Origin: a virus
Taxonomy: Duplodnaviria > Caudoviricetes
DNA: 64,000 nucleotides
IMG/VR virus record: IMGVR_UViG_3300044719_000253
Location: 1-64,000 of that record
Strand: one strand, 5' to 3'
The translations under genes and the position numbers were made by a program. This document shows positions 25,824 to 35,142 of the stretch, one piece after another (positions within the stretch are counted from its first letter, which is position 1; each line of letters starts with the position of its first letter). Under the pieces are notes generated by a model. It was not told where the DNA came from, ran no database searches, and saw nothing but the letters and a program-made list of their open reading frames with translations.

Positions 25824-25832
25824 GTGATATAG
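25824..25832 (-). promoter_or_regulatory. putative early promoter (CTATATCAC)
   Basis: Motif between terminator hairpin (25851-25890) and AAA gene. Confidence 0.55.
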
Positions 25833-25850
25833 TTGTGTTTTTTTCTACAG

Positions 25851-25890
25851 ACAGCATAACAACCTAGACTCCCAGGATAGGGAGTCTAGG
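25851..25890 (-). terminator. hairpin plus TTATGCTGT
   Basis: cctagactccc / gggagtctagg 11-bp stem. Confidence 0.75.
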
Positions 25891-25910
25891 TATTTTTACG
25901 TCATTGTATT

Positions 25911-26312
25911 TTACTTCGCGTACGTGCCTTCGACCTGACGAGCCATCCGGTCCAGCGTGCGTTGATTCAGCGAAGCGAGCGCGCCTTGAATATGTTCCAG
26001 AGCACGGGCGTTATACTCGCTGGCGAACTTACCCGATTGCAGTTCGGTCAAGCGATGCCCGCAGATGGCCAGCAAATGCTCGATCGTCACGCCGTTATGA
26101 CCGACTTCGGGAATTGGGCCATGCTGGAACAGGACGTCGACCGTGTTACGGATCTCGGTAGGGAAACCGAAATGTGGATGGTTGCTCATATCCAGATTGG
26201 TGATCTGGAACCACGAGTGATCCGACCCCACACCGAGTTCACCTTCAGCGGTGATCACGACTGGGGTAACCGGCAGGTCCGGGTGTTGGTGTAAGGTGAC
26301 CGTGGTGTTCAT
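25911..26312 (-). CDS. tad1: Tad1-like anti-Thoeris/anti-CBASS signal sponge
   Basis: FQHGP..E.G.NGVT.E.LL.I...RL..LQSG.F.S..NA.AL.H...AL..LN.R..DR..R.VEGT matches recalled Tad1 (FQKG..[58 protein letters not shown]). Confidence 0.8.
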   Translation of the reverse strand: MNTTVTLHQHPDLPVTPVVITAEGELGVGSDHSWFQITNLDMSNHPHFGFPTEIRNTVDVLFQHGPIPEVGHNGVTIEHLLAICGHRLTELQSGKFASEYNARALEHIQGALASLNQRTLDRMARQVEGTYAK

Positions 26313-26923
26313 GCGTGTTCCATGTAAGGGCATTTGCCCGGTTGGCGGTTCATGTCGAAGCGATACGCGCGCAGTGTATAGCCGATCGGCCGGATCTCGA
26401 AGTTATCCGTGACGGCATCGATCTGCACGATGCCGGTTTGCAGATTGACTGTCCCCATCACACGGATGGTCACGGTCGGATCAGCAAAGAAGAACTTGTA
26501 GGTCTTGTCGACCAGCTTGCTCAGCCAGGATTTGGCTTCACCGAACTTGTTCACCTTCACCGCCATGTCGAGTTGCCATTCCATGCGGTTACCCTTGACC
26601 TGGTCGAACTGCACATGGTAAAGCGAATCCGCCAGCTGGATGTAGCTGACATCGCCGTACTTGGTGCGATAGTACAGCCGATCGATCGACATATCCGGAT
26701 CGAGCACGTCGGTGATCGACATCTCGCCCATTACGTACAGATCGTCGTCCGCACTCAGGCTGAGCAGATCGAACTGAGCACCGAACTTCAGGGCCGAAGT
26801 CACGTACTTCGAGTCACCGATACGCCACGGATCGACGGCATCCGGGTGGACAAAGTACTGCGACGTTTCAGAGCAGAGGATAGGAAGCGCACGCTTCTTC
26901 CCAGGCAAAGGACCAAACCGCAT
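26309..26923 (-). CDS. hypothetical protein, weakly like phiKZ-type virion proteins
   Basis: TDVLDP...I..LY segment; start MRFG at 26923. Confidence 0.55.
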   Translation of the reverse strand: MRFGPLPGKKRALPILCSETSQYFVHPDAVDPWRIGDSKYVTSALKFGAQFDLLSLSADDDLYVMGEMSITDVLDPDMSIDRLYYRTKYGDVSYIQLADSLYHVQFDQVKGNRMEWQLDMAVKVNKFGEAKSWLSKLVDKTYKFFFADPTVTIRVMGTVNLQTGIVQIDAVTDNFEIRPIGYTLRAYRFDMNRQPGKCPYMEHA

Positions 26924-26936
26924 GTTATTTTCCTTG

Positions 26937-27218
26937 TTAGAGTTTTTTTGGTAATGGCATGGCGATCGGTGGCACAATCCCTTCAGGGGCTTGGACTGAA
27001 CCGACCACCACCGCTTTGACAACGAGTTGCTCCGGGCGCTTCAAACTCAAATGGGTCAAACCCAAATGCGGAATCATCGCCGAGATTTGAAACACTTCTT
27101 GACCTTCAGGTGGATCGATCAATACGGCATCACCTTCTGGTTCCGGGATCGAGATTACAATCCCGTCTGCGAAAGCTTCAGCAATTAGCCGCATCATCCG
27201 ATCACCATATTCTTCCAT
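26937..27218 (-). CDS. hypothetical protein
   Basis: GAGG SD before 27218. Confidence 0.55.
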   Translation of the reverse strand: MEEYGDRMMRLIAEAFADGIVISIPEPEGDAVLIDPPEGQEVFQISAMIPHLGLTHLSLKRPEQLVVKAVVVGSVQAPEGIVPPIAMPLPKKL

Positions 27219-27237
27219 CCGACCTCGGATCGGATTC

Positions 27238-27462
27238 TTACCCGCCATATTTCTGCCCCGTGGTAGATGGTTCCGGCGCCATCAAGGTCGGACCTTGGCC
27301 GCTATACGGGGCAACGATCACGAAATCTTTCGACTTGCTCGCCTTTTGTTGTTTGGCGGTGTTCATGCAGATCAACAGCACACTGCCGATCTTCGCTGCC
27401 CGCACCATCAACCGCTTAGCATCCGCCATGATGGATTCCGGTGTATCAATTTGGTCCGACAT
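27238..27462 (-). CDS. hypothetical protein
   Basis: AAAGGA SD. Confidence 0.6.
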   Translation of the reverse strand: MSDQIDTPESIMADAKRLMVRAAKIGSVLLICMNTAKQQKASKSKDFVIVAPYSGQGPTLMAPEPSTTGQKYGG

Positions 27463-27601
27463 GGTGTTCCTTTTTCAATACGGGGATGCCGGCATTGGTG
27501 AGCAACCGCTGCGCATCGTCGCGGGTGAGTTCACCTTTGACGACACGCTCAACAGTTACCTCTACCAACGTGCGTTGCTCGTCAGTAAAGACTTGGTCCA
27601 T

Positions 27602-28819
27602 TTACTCCACCTTATCGACTTCCGCCGAGAGCGACACCGCATTGGTGACGGCCAGGCCGGCTTGGACTTCATCCACCTTCAGTTCGACCGCGTTGACCGG
27701 ACTGCCTTGGATGGCGTTATTCCAGTCGACGTTGTTGGTCCAGTCGGCCGGGATGGTGGAGACGCCGGCCGGGATGGTATCCCCTTTGCCGATCAGGGTG
27801 TTGACGTCGATCGCGCTACCCAGCGCGGCTTCTTCCGACACCGGTGCCTGGGCCGACAGGGCATCGAGCGAAGTTTCCAGCGCAGCTTGGTGTTCAGCCG
27901 ACGGCGGTGGCACCAGTTCACCGATGTTGAGGGCTTGGACGACGGTCTCGACATCCGCTTCGCCGACTTTCACGCCACCGTGATCGATCGACAGGATTTT
28001 CGGTTTCGCCACGTGATCCAGATAGAAACGAGTCCAGTTTTCCGGATTGAAGTCAGCGCTGTCCAGCATCTGTTCGGCCGTCATCGGCGGCAGTTTCGCC
28101 AGTTCGTCTTCCGACGCTTCCAGGTGCCACCCTTGCGGGACGTCGAAGTGCATGACGATGCCCAGGTGTAGTTCGCCGACATCATTGGAATCGTCGACGA
28201 TGAACAGGTCACCGAAGCCGATGCATAACTGATAATGCACCGGGTCCGTGATTTTGAAACCACCACGATCGAGCAATGTGAATTCCTCCATCGCTTCGCG
28301 CAGGGCCGATTTCAGAATCGTTTCTTGCAGATCGATCACCGACTTGGTCGAGACCACGTCTTCCAGATCGATGTGGCCGCCGTAGCCGAGCGAGCCATTA
28401 CCGGCCAGGCGCGATTCGCCGACCTTCTGGGTGCGGCGGTACGGGAAGTACAGGTAGGTGCCGTCGTCTTGCAGTTGGCGCGCGATCATGTACGGCAGCA
28501 GTTGCTTGTAGCGCGGATCACCCTTCTTGTTTTCGCCCTTGGCGTTCTTGATCATCTTGACTTCGGTACGGGCGTCGGTGACCGATTCGATCGTGTACGA
28601 GGTCGATTCGTCCAGGTACTCGCGTTCACGGATGGTCAGATAGCTTTGCGCACCAGCGAGGAAGAGATCATGCGGGAAGTGGTTGATCGGACGACCGAAA
28701 GCATCTTCGGTCTTACCACTCGTGACCACCCGTTCGGTGCGGTAATACGCCGCATCCACAGCGAGGATGAATTGCGGTTTGCCTTTGTTGAGGTTGTCGG
28801 TGATGAAATGACGAGTCAT
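27602..28819 (-). CDS. Nudix-fold phosphoesterase (YmaB/COG4112-like) with acidic C-terminal extension
   Basis: SLGYGGHID ... ALREAMEEF ... DDSNDVGELHLGIV. Confidence 0.7.
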   Translation of the reverse strand: MTRHFITDNLNKGKPQFILAVDAAYYRTERVVTSGKTEDAFGRPINHFPHDLFLAGAQSYLTIREREYLDESTSYTIESVTDARTEVKMIKNAKGENKKGDPRYKQLLPYMIARQLQDDGTYLYFPYRRTQKVGESRLAGNGSLGYGGHIDLEDVVSTKSVIDLQETILKSALREAMEEFTLLDRGGFKITDPVHYQLCIGFGDLFIVDDSNDVGELHLGIVMHFDVPQGWHLEASEDELAKLPPMTAEQMLDSADFNPENWTRFYLDHVAKPKILSIDHGGVKVGEADVETVVQALNIGELVPPPSAEHQAALETSLDALSAQAPVSEEAALGSAIDVNTLIGKGDTIPAGVSTIPADWTNNVDWNNAIQGSPVNAVELKVDEVQAGLAVTNAVSLSAEVDKVE

Positions 28820-28836
28820 GTTGATTTCCTTATTGG

Positions 28837-29802
28837 TTATTGGTTGATGTTGACGATATCGTGGGTCGCTTCGGCTTCGAACACGAGGTTCATATCCACA
28901 GTCGCCCCCGATGAATTGTAATGGCCTTTGCCGCCCAATCGTGCAGCAATCTGCGACACGTTGGCCCCGCCATCCCGGCGGCTGCGGAACGAGTACTTGC
29001 GGCTCTTGTACTTGTAGTTATCCTCGAACAACACCACGAACGGTGCATCGGGATAACGGGTGTAGATGATCTCGCCTGCTTGGTTGACGAGTTCGGCCGG
29101 CATCATGCACACCGGGATGTTCTCGTAATCGAGGAACTTGGTGAAATGCAGGCCACGTCGGATCAGCGATTCCGCCATGGTCTTTTCTTGCTGTTGAATC
29201 ACCGACCCCACCAGCTTCAGTTCTTCGATGACGGTGGCGTCGGAAGTCAGCAAGAAGTTCGCCAGTTCCGCCAGCTTGGCTTCGTGAGGTGGGAATTTGA
29301 ATCGCAAAGCGCTCTGAACTTCGTCGGTCATGGGCAGACGTTTGGTCCACAGATCGTATTCCTGCGCATATTCTACCAGTTTGGGTAGCTTCGGGATCTG
29401 TGCGCCACCGCTTGATTTCAAAGAAAAGAATTCCCAGACCAAACTCGCGCCTGACCGTTCATTGTTAAATAACACGGTCAGCTCAGGAAATTCACCCAGA
29501 ATTGACGATCCCAGCCAGGGCTTCATGGCATCCGCATGGTGGTCGATGATCGTGAGTGACTTCATCGATCCGATGTGGTCCTGCAACACTTCCACCGGGT
29601 AAGTGAAGTCCACCAGGTAAACGTGTTTATCTTTCATCAGTTCCAGAGGCGGGACTTCGTTGTAGCGTACGGCCACACACTCGACTTTACCCTCGAAATG
29701 ATGATGCACGATCGCTGCCGCGATGAGTCCATCCATGCAATTGGCATGGTAACAGCAAACCACATCGTGGGGCGTGGTAGTCAGTTGCTCTTTCTTGGAC
29801 AT
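28837..29802 (-). CDS. DHH/DHHA1 phosphoesterase
   Basis: YHANCMDG, VDF, IIDHH, YDLW, GGKGH. Confidence 0.85.
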   Translation of the reverse strand: MSKKEQLTTTPHDVVCCYHANCMDGLIAAAIVHHHFEGKVECVAVRYNEVPPLELMKDKHVYLVDFTYPVEVLQDHIGSMKSLTIIDHHADAMKPWLGSSILGEFPELTVLFNNERSGASLVWEFFSLKSSGGAQIPKLPKLVEYAQEYDLWTKRLPMTDEVQSALRFKFPPHEAKLAELANFLLTSDATVIEELKLVGSVIQQQEKTMAESLIRRGLHFTKFLDYENIPVCMMPAELVNQAGEIIYTRYPDAPFVVLFEDNYKYKSRKYSFRSRRDGGANVSQIAARLGGKGHYNSSGATVDMNLVFEAEATHDIVNINQ

Positions 29803-29814
29803 GGTTGTTTTTAG

Positions 29815-30450
29815 TTATTTCGATGGTGGGTTGAGTTCTTTGGCATAGACTTTACCATCACCCCACGACCACAGACGAATCATGGGAGCAGGGGATTTAA
29901 AGCCTTCACCGCGCTTTCTCGATGGCCAGCGTACACTGCTATCGAAGTAAATACTGGAGACGCCATTTTCACTTGCGGTGAATTTGATGTCGAGAATTGC
30001 CGGGGGTTCGTTGTACCGATCCCGCAAGGGCCAGCCACCCAACGTCACCCCGAATGGGCCTTTCTCCAAGGGCCGCACCACGGTATGGCGCTGCACTAAG
30101 GGTCCCGCGGGGTTGTACATCACGTGGCCAATCCCTTTGGGTTCATGCACATGGGTGGGCCAATACGGGGCTTTGCGCATTGCCGAACAAACTGGGCACA
30201 AGTCCAGCGCGGCGGTGCCTTTTGCTTGGCTCGGGTCCTGGTACTTCTCCAGACCAGTCCACCCCAACCGCATCGCGTCTTCGACGATCTGTTGACGATC
30301 GATACTGCGGTACCCATTGGGTTGATACGGACCACCGCGGTCTTCATGGTTACCGCCGATATAGGTGTCACCACATTCATCGCATTCGAGACTATGGCCA
30401 CGCGCAGTAGCAAACAGCTCAATGCCCTCTACTTTAACAATGTGCGCCAT
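29815..30450 (-). CDS. hypothetical protein with Cys pairs
   Basis: CDEC and CPVC. Confidence 0.65.
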   Translation of the reverse strand: MAHIVKVEGIELFATARGHSLECDECGDTYIGGNHEDRGGPYQPNGYRSIDRQQIVEDAMRLGWTGLEKYQDPSQAKGTAALDLCPVCSAMRKAPYWPTHVHEPKGIGHVMYNPAGPLVQRHTVVRPLEKGPFGVTLGGWPLRDRYNEPPAILDIKFTASENGVSSIYFDSSVRWPSRKRGEGFKSPAPMIRLWSWGDGKVYAKELNPPSK

Positions 30451-30451
30451 G

Positions 30452-30607
30452 TCATCTTTTCCAAATCAATACACCCGCCCATATCAGGGCGTAACTGGCA
30501 CCCAAGGCGATCAGACCCAACACCATTGCAACGAATGCCAAGGCACCAGGAACCACACATAGGACCAACAGAATGAACAGTGCGAGATACCGCAGCATTT
30601 CTTTCAT
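30452..30607 (-). CDS. small hydrophobic membrane protein (51 aa, not in ORF track)
   Basis: MKEMLRYLALFILLVLCVVPGALAFVAMVLGLIALGASYALIWAGVLIWKR; abuts next start. Confidence 0.6.
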   Translation of the reverse strand: MKEMLRYLALFILLVLCVVPGALAFVAMVLGLIALGASYALIWAGVLIWKR

Positions 30608-30630
30608 AGACTTTCCCCTAAGAATACTTT

Positions 30631-30837
30631 TTAATTAGAAACAACTTTTCGGTGCCGTGGAATCCAATCGCACGCCAAGGCAATGCCGGTAAGTGCGCAT
30701 CCGGCGAACACGCCGACCCAAAGAAACTTCATCCAGGGCGCCCACACCCACATGGGCCAGTACAGTTGAAGCGCGAGCAATGTAAAATGCATCACGATCG
30801 CGACACCCAAACAAGTTTGCTGAATGTAATAGCGCAT
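30631..30837 (-). CDS. small membrane protein
   Basis: Two hydrophobic segments. Confidence 0.55.
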   Translation of the reverse strand: MRYYIQQTCLGVAIVMHFTLLALQLYWPMWVWAPWMKFLWVGVFAGCALTGIALACDWIPRHRKVVSN

Positions 30838-30915
30838 GATAAGTTTCCGAACAAGCAAAAAAAAAATAGACAGCAAAATAAATAGCCCCGGGTCATCCCC
30901 GGGGCTACCTATGCC

Positions 30916-31185
30916 TTAAACTACGTAACGCTCGGTTTGATCGGTATAGTGAAACAGCCAACGCAACTCTTTAAAGAGCGTGACCGGAAACCATACGAAA
31001 TGCGGAATGATGACCAAAGCGAACAACGCCGCGATGACGAAACGGCTGATGGAGTGCGGGAGCGCAAGGAATTGATAACCCCACCACCACACCAGCTTAA
31101 CGACTGCGGCTTCCCAGAATGCAGCACTGACCAGGTACACCAACCCGCACAGTACAAAGAAACCGACCTCTTTGCCCTTATGCAT
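30916..31185 (-). CDS. small membrane protein
   Basis: Two to three hydrophobic segments. Confidence 0.6.
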   Translation of the reverse strand: MHKGKEVGFFVLCGLVYLVSAAFWEAAVVKLVWWWGYQFLALPHSISRFVIAALFALVIIPHFVWFPVTLFKELRWLFHYTDQTERYVV

Positions 31186-31417
31186 CAGTATTCTCCTTCT
31201 TCAGTAAGTCATAATTTACTAACCCGTGTTCGCGTTCGAACGCCACCTTGTCATGCATTTGCATCAGGCGTCGGTCGAGTTCTTTCACGAGTCGTTCAAG
31301 AATGATCTTCGGAAGGTGTTGCGGGGCCACCTTCAACGCCGCAATGATCTCGACGTTGTTGGGGTCCCAGTACAACTGAGTGCTTTTCAGGAGCGGGCTG
31401 TTGTCGTCCTTATTCAT
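31178..31417 (-). CDS. hypothetical protein
   Basis: Overlap-coupled ORF. Confidence 0.6.
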   Translation of the reverse strand: MNKDDNSPLLKSTQLYWDPNNVEIIAALKVAPQHLPKIILERLVKELDRRLMQMHDKVAFEREHGLVNYDLLKKENTDA

Positions 31418-31784
31418 CGCGCCGCAGCGGTTCGAGTGCGGGTACCGGAGAGGCGGCCGCGCCGTGTTTCTTCAGATTAGCATCATAGGCCGCAGCTTCC
31501 GTCATCTTCGCTCGAACCGCCTTGTAGACCGGTCGGGTGATGATGTGCGGAATATAGCCACCCATGCCTTTGGCCGGATCACGGTGCTTGCTGATCTCGA
31601 CATCGAGGCCGGATGCGGCAGCTTGTGCCAGCAGCGTCGTCAACTTCACTTCGAGTGCTTCTTGGCTGATCGGATTCGCTACGGTAAACATCGGGTAGAT
31701 GTCATCCATTGTCACCACTTCCGCCTTGTGTGGACCCGTGAAACTTTGACTGGTGATCCGGACCATCGGATTTTGCGTACTCAT
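31410..31784 (-). CDS. hypothetical protein
   Basis: AAAGG SD. Confidence 0.65.
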   Translation of the reverse strand: MSTQNPMVRITSQSFTGPHKAEVVTMDDIYPMFTVANPISQEALEVKLTTLLAQAAASGLDVEISKHRDPAKGMGGYIPHIITRPVYKAVRAKMTEAAAYDANLKKHGAAASPVPALEPLRRDE

Positions 31785-31800
31785 GGTTTACCTTTCTGAA

Positions 31801-33132
31801 TTAACCGTTGGTGCCGTAAGACGGGTTACCATTCGAGGGATTCTTTACTGCTCCAGCTGGAACCCCCGACACGCCAAGCCCGTACATGTTGGGCAAATGC
31901 GCTAAGGCTGCTGAAGGGCGTTTCTGATAGAGACCAGGACGAGGATTCACCTCCGTAGACTTTCCCATGGAGGATTCCTCCTCGACTTCACGGTGGAGAG
32001 TCGTGATACCGTCTCCCTTGCGGTAGCTGAGGTGGTACGTCACCCCGTCTTTCTCGAAGATGAGCGTGTCGTAAGTGTCGCCAAAGCCGACGAAGTTTTC
32101 CTGCGTCAACTTCACTTTCACGTCTTTGAACGATGGACTATATGAGTTTTCACATTCTTCTTCCGTACGGGGCACTTTGATCATGAATGAGATCGCCATC
32201 TCGTCCTCCCCGATATAAGGGCCGGAATGATCCGCCATCGCCACGGCGCGATGTTTCTTTTCGCCGTTTTCGAAGCCAGTGATTTCGTAGAATGCCCAGC
32301 TATTCAGTCCCGTTTCCCCCATGACACTGAGCGTCTCGCGCACATCGCCGCCGAACTGATTCATTTCTTTCACGAACTCCACCATCGAGTCGAAGTTCAT
32401 GCCGGACGATTGTCGGGCGTCACACAGCGCCAGGTGGATGAAGGCCCGAAGATGGTTCTCCGTGCAATTCTTAAGGTTGCTCTGCACGTAATCGATCACG
32501 GTCGGAATTTCGAGGCGCTTGAACGGTAACACGTAACGGATCCGGCTCGGGCGGCCGAACATGTACTGCGACACACCATCTTTGTAATTGACCGTGAAGC
32601 AATACATTTTCTTAGTGCCGGTGTTGGTACCGTCAAGCAACCGCAGGATCGCGGTCTGTTCGTCCTTATCGTCGTAGGTCTTTTCGAACTCATCGAAGCA
32701 GACCAGGATTTGTTGGGTGATCGTCGACATGAACCAGTTCAGCAGCGAACCCGGAATCTTTTCGTCGATGAGGATCACCGGCAACCCCATCTCGATGACT
32801 TTGGCCGACAGAGCTTTGAGCAACATCGTTTTGCCCGAACCCTTCTCACCGATGAGGGCGATGCCGAGGTTCTTGTCATTGATCTCGTACGACTTGATGA
32901 AGCGCTCGACGTAACCATTGATCTTGCCACCCCCGTAAATCCGTTCCGGGAGTTTGAAGTTGCTTTCAGGGCGCAGGAACACCGACGGCGACAGTCCACC
33001 TTCCAACACCAGCGAATACACGCCAGGCGGGATTTCGGCAATGGCGCTGCCGCGCACCATCGCGTGCGGGGTGAGATTGCCGTCCGGGGCAACGTGGAAG
33101 ACGTATTTGGTTTCTTCTTTCTTGTGGTTCAT
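31801..33132 (-). CDS. AAA+ ATPase
   Basis: Walker A GEKGSGKT, Walker B VCFDEFEK, RPSRIRY finger. Confidence 0.85.
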   Translation of the reverse strand: MNHKKEETKYVFHVAPDGNLTPHAMVRGSAIAEIPPGVYSLVLEGGLSPSVFLRPESNFKLPERIYGGGKINGYVERFIKSYEINDKNLGIALIGEKGSGKTMLLKALSAKVIEMGLPVILIDEKIPGSLLNWFMSTITQQILVCFDEFEKTYDDKDEQTAILRLLDGTNTGTKKMYCFTVNYKDGVSQYMFGRPSRIRYVLPFKRLEIPTVIDYVQSNLKNCTENHLRAFIHLALCDARQSSGMNFDSMVEFVKEMNQFGGDVRETLSVMGETGLNSWAFYEITGFENGEKKHRAVAMADHSGPYIGEDEMAISFMIKVPRTEEECENSYSPSFKDVKVKLTQENFVGFGDTYDTLIFEKDGVTYHLSYRKGDGITTLHREVEEESSMGKSTEVNPRPGLYQKRPSAALAHLPNMYGLGVSGVPAGAVKNPSNGNPSYGTNG

Positions 33133-33190
33133 GGTGATATCCTTAGTTAGTTGTTGATTATGGTTGTACTACTTTTTGGGTGATGCCGGG

Positions 33191-33898
33191 TTAAGCTTTG
33201 CCCGGTAGCGGGTTCTCGCCTTGGGGTTTGCGCTGTGACAAGACGATACCGACTATCCCAGGCCGTTCACCGTTCTCGGCGGAATTGCGTACGATAACTT
33301 CACCCCAACCGGCTTTCGTATAAGCTTCGATCACGAGCTCTTTGTCACCTTTAGTGGCCAAACCTTCGACGGTAAAGGTGAACGTCGGGTTGGTATCGAT
33401 GCCGGTGACGTTATTACGCATCCAGCGTGCATCGTTGAGGTGCTCGTCGATATATACAATCGCTTTCTGCGACCAGTCCGACGCGCTTTGCATGGTGGCA
33501 ATGGCTTCAATAGCACTAACGGGCATACAAATTTCCTTTCTGTTGTTGGTTATGATTCTTCTGTCTGATGACCAAGACAGTGCTTTTTTGTAAAGATTGA
33601 TAAAGTGCGCCCAATCCCCTTTGTCTTTCAGGAACTCGCGGGGGGAAGATTGAGTACGGTAACGTGTGAAATCGAGTTCTGGTCGCGTTTCACGGAAATG
33701 ATGATACAGCCGCCGCACGAATCGCCGTAAGGTGTTGTACACATGCGCTTTCGTCATGCCGTATTTCACGACTAACTCAGCAACCGGCACACCCGCCAAC
33801 ACATCTTCGAACAGATCAATGTCATGGAAGATCCTAGGCGAAAGTTTATTGTCGTTCTTCATTGGTCCGCCCCATGAGTTTCTGAAGATAATCATCAC
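33191..33898 (-). CDS. HTH-containing ORF fused in frame to a second ORF with its own start at 33526
   Basis: GVPVAELVVKYGMTKAHVYNTLRR is HTH-like; leader ATAACCAAC and AAAGGA SD lie inside the frame before ATG 33526. Confidence 0.6.
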   Translation of the reverse strand: MMIIFRNSWGGPMKNDNKLSPRIFHDIDLFEDVLAGVPVAELVVKYGMTKAHVYNTLRRFVRRLYHHFRETRPELDFTRYRTQSSPREFLKDKGDWAHFINLYKKALSWSSDRRIITNNRKEICMPVSAIEAIATMQSASDWSQKAIVYIDEHLNDARWMRNNVTGIDTNPTFTFTVEGLATKGDKELVIEAYTKAGWGEVIVRNSAENGERPGIVGIVLSQRKPQGENPLPGKA

Positions 33899-34346
33899 CC
33901 ACAGTCACGCCGAGCTCCCGCAGCGCCCCGAGCAAACGCTCGATATGCTCGTTTTCTTCCTTCAAGACTTTGGTGTCGCCGGCACTGATTAATGTTTTGC
34001 ATTCTTCGAGGCTGACCAATTCCTCATTGATGGCAGCCAGAAATACGTCGAGATACTGGTCTGGCAACAACTGATCGTTAACTTTGACTTCCACGGCGGC
34101 GTTGTAAGATACCCGCGGCATGGCGAATACATCGGACATCACTTCCATTCCGTCCATGAAGCTCAGTAAAACGAACGCTGTAGCACGTTGCTGAAGGTTA
34201 TGCAGTGCATTGTCATGTTCTTCATCGGACGAACCGTTGGGATACAATCGACTATCGATGAAGTCACGGAGGGCATTCATGATGTCCTCGATAACTACGG
34301 AGGATTGCGAAACGTTGCAAATCGTAATAGTAGTACGGATGCTCAT
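33846..34346 (-). CDS. hypothetical protein
   Basis: Leader motif and SD. Confidence 0.65.
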   Translation of the reverse strand: MSIRTTITICNVSQSSVVIEDIMNALRDFIDSRLYPNGSSDEEHDNALHNLQQRATAFVLLSFMDGMEVMSDVFAMPRVSYNAAVEVKVNDQLLPDQYLDVFLAAINEELVSLEECKTLISAGDTKVLKEENEHIERLLGALRELGVTVGDDYLQKLMGRTNEERQ

Positions 34347-34479
34347 GGCGAACCTATGTTGTTGGTTATAAAGGGCATTTACAAATCATGGGTAAGGCTG
34401 GTGATTTTTTCTTGAAACGACATACATCCCCTATCCCCGGAGGGATAGGGGTGTGATGACCGCCGAAGGGTTCACTACA

Positions 34480-34488
34480 GTGATATGG
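34480..34488 (-). promoter_or_regulatory. putative early promoter variant (CCATATCAC)
   Basis: One mismatch to the recurring motif; intergenic. Confidence 0.4.
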
Positions 34489-34509
34489 ATGTCAAATCCA
34501 TTAGCGCCA

Positions 34510-34881
34510 TTATGGGGCTTTGTTTTGGCAACGGCAATGTGTGTGCACGTAATTGCATCCAGGACAAGGATGAGCTCCTTGGAGAATGACGTGTTTTAAA
34601 ATTGTGTCTTGAATAATCGCAGTTTCTTCCGGCGTATTACCGGGTAAATCCAATGTCATTCGATTGACGCGACACACATCTGGTTCGGGTTCAGCGGGTT
34701 TGGGTTTACCTGGCACATATTCCGGCATCGGTAGACCATTGAAGTGACACCGAATGGCTTCCTTCAACCACCCCTGATGGTCCTCGTCGCCGTGTTTGAT
34801 GGCATCGAACAAGGTCGCGATCCGGCGCAGCATTACGGCTGGATTGGCGAGTTCTTTGGTGCAGTCAAGTTCGTGGTCCAT
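34510..34881 (-). CDS. hypothetical protein with C-terminal Cys/His cluster
   Basis: HPCPGCNYVHTHCRC. Confidence 0.65.
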   Translation of the reverse strand: MDHELDCTKELANPAVMLRRIATLFDAIKHGDEDHQGWLKEAIRCHFNGLPMPEYVPGKPKPAEPEPDVCRVNRMTLDLPGNTPEETAIIQDTILKHVILQGAHPCPGCNYVHTHCRCQNKAP

Positions 34882-35142
34882 TTAGAAGCGCCCGTGTTTT
34901 TGCCAGACGCTGACCCAGGACGCGACCAGGCCATCGAGATTTTTCTTCGACACGCCGACAAAGGCGTTGCCGCGAAAAATCCGGACGATCTCTTCGAGCC
35001 GTAGGCCGCGCCCTGCACTGAGGTTGGTGATGGTGGTACCGGTTGCTTGACGGATACGCTCGTCCTGCCCTTCCAGCATCTTGGCGGGCAGGGACTTGAT
35101 GGTGATCCCATCGATGATGAGAATGCTTGGTGTGGTGGTCAT
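34882..35142 (-). CDS. hypothetical protein
   Basis: ATGA-coupled start at 35142. Confidence 0.55.
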   Translation of the reverse strand: MTTTPSILIIDGITIKSLPAKMLEGQDERIRQATGTTITNLSAGRGLRLEEIVRIFRGNAFVGVSKKNLDGLVASWVSVWQKHGRF

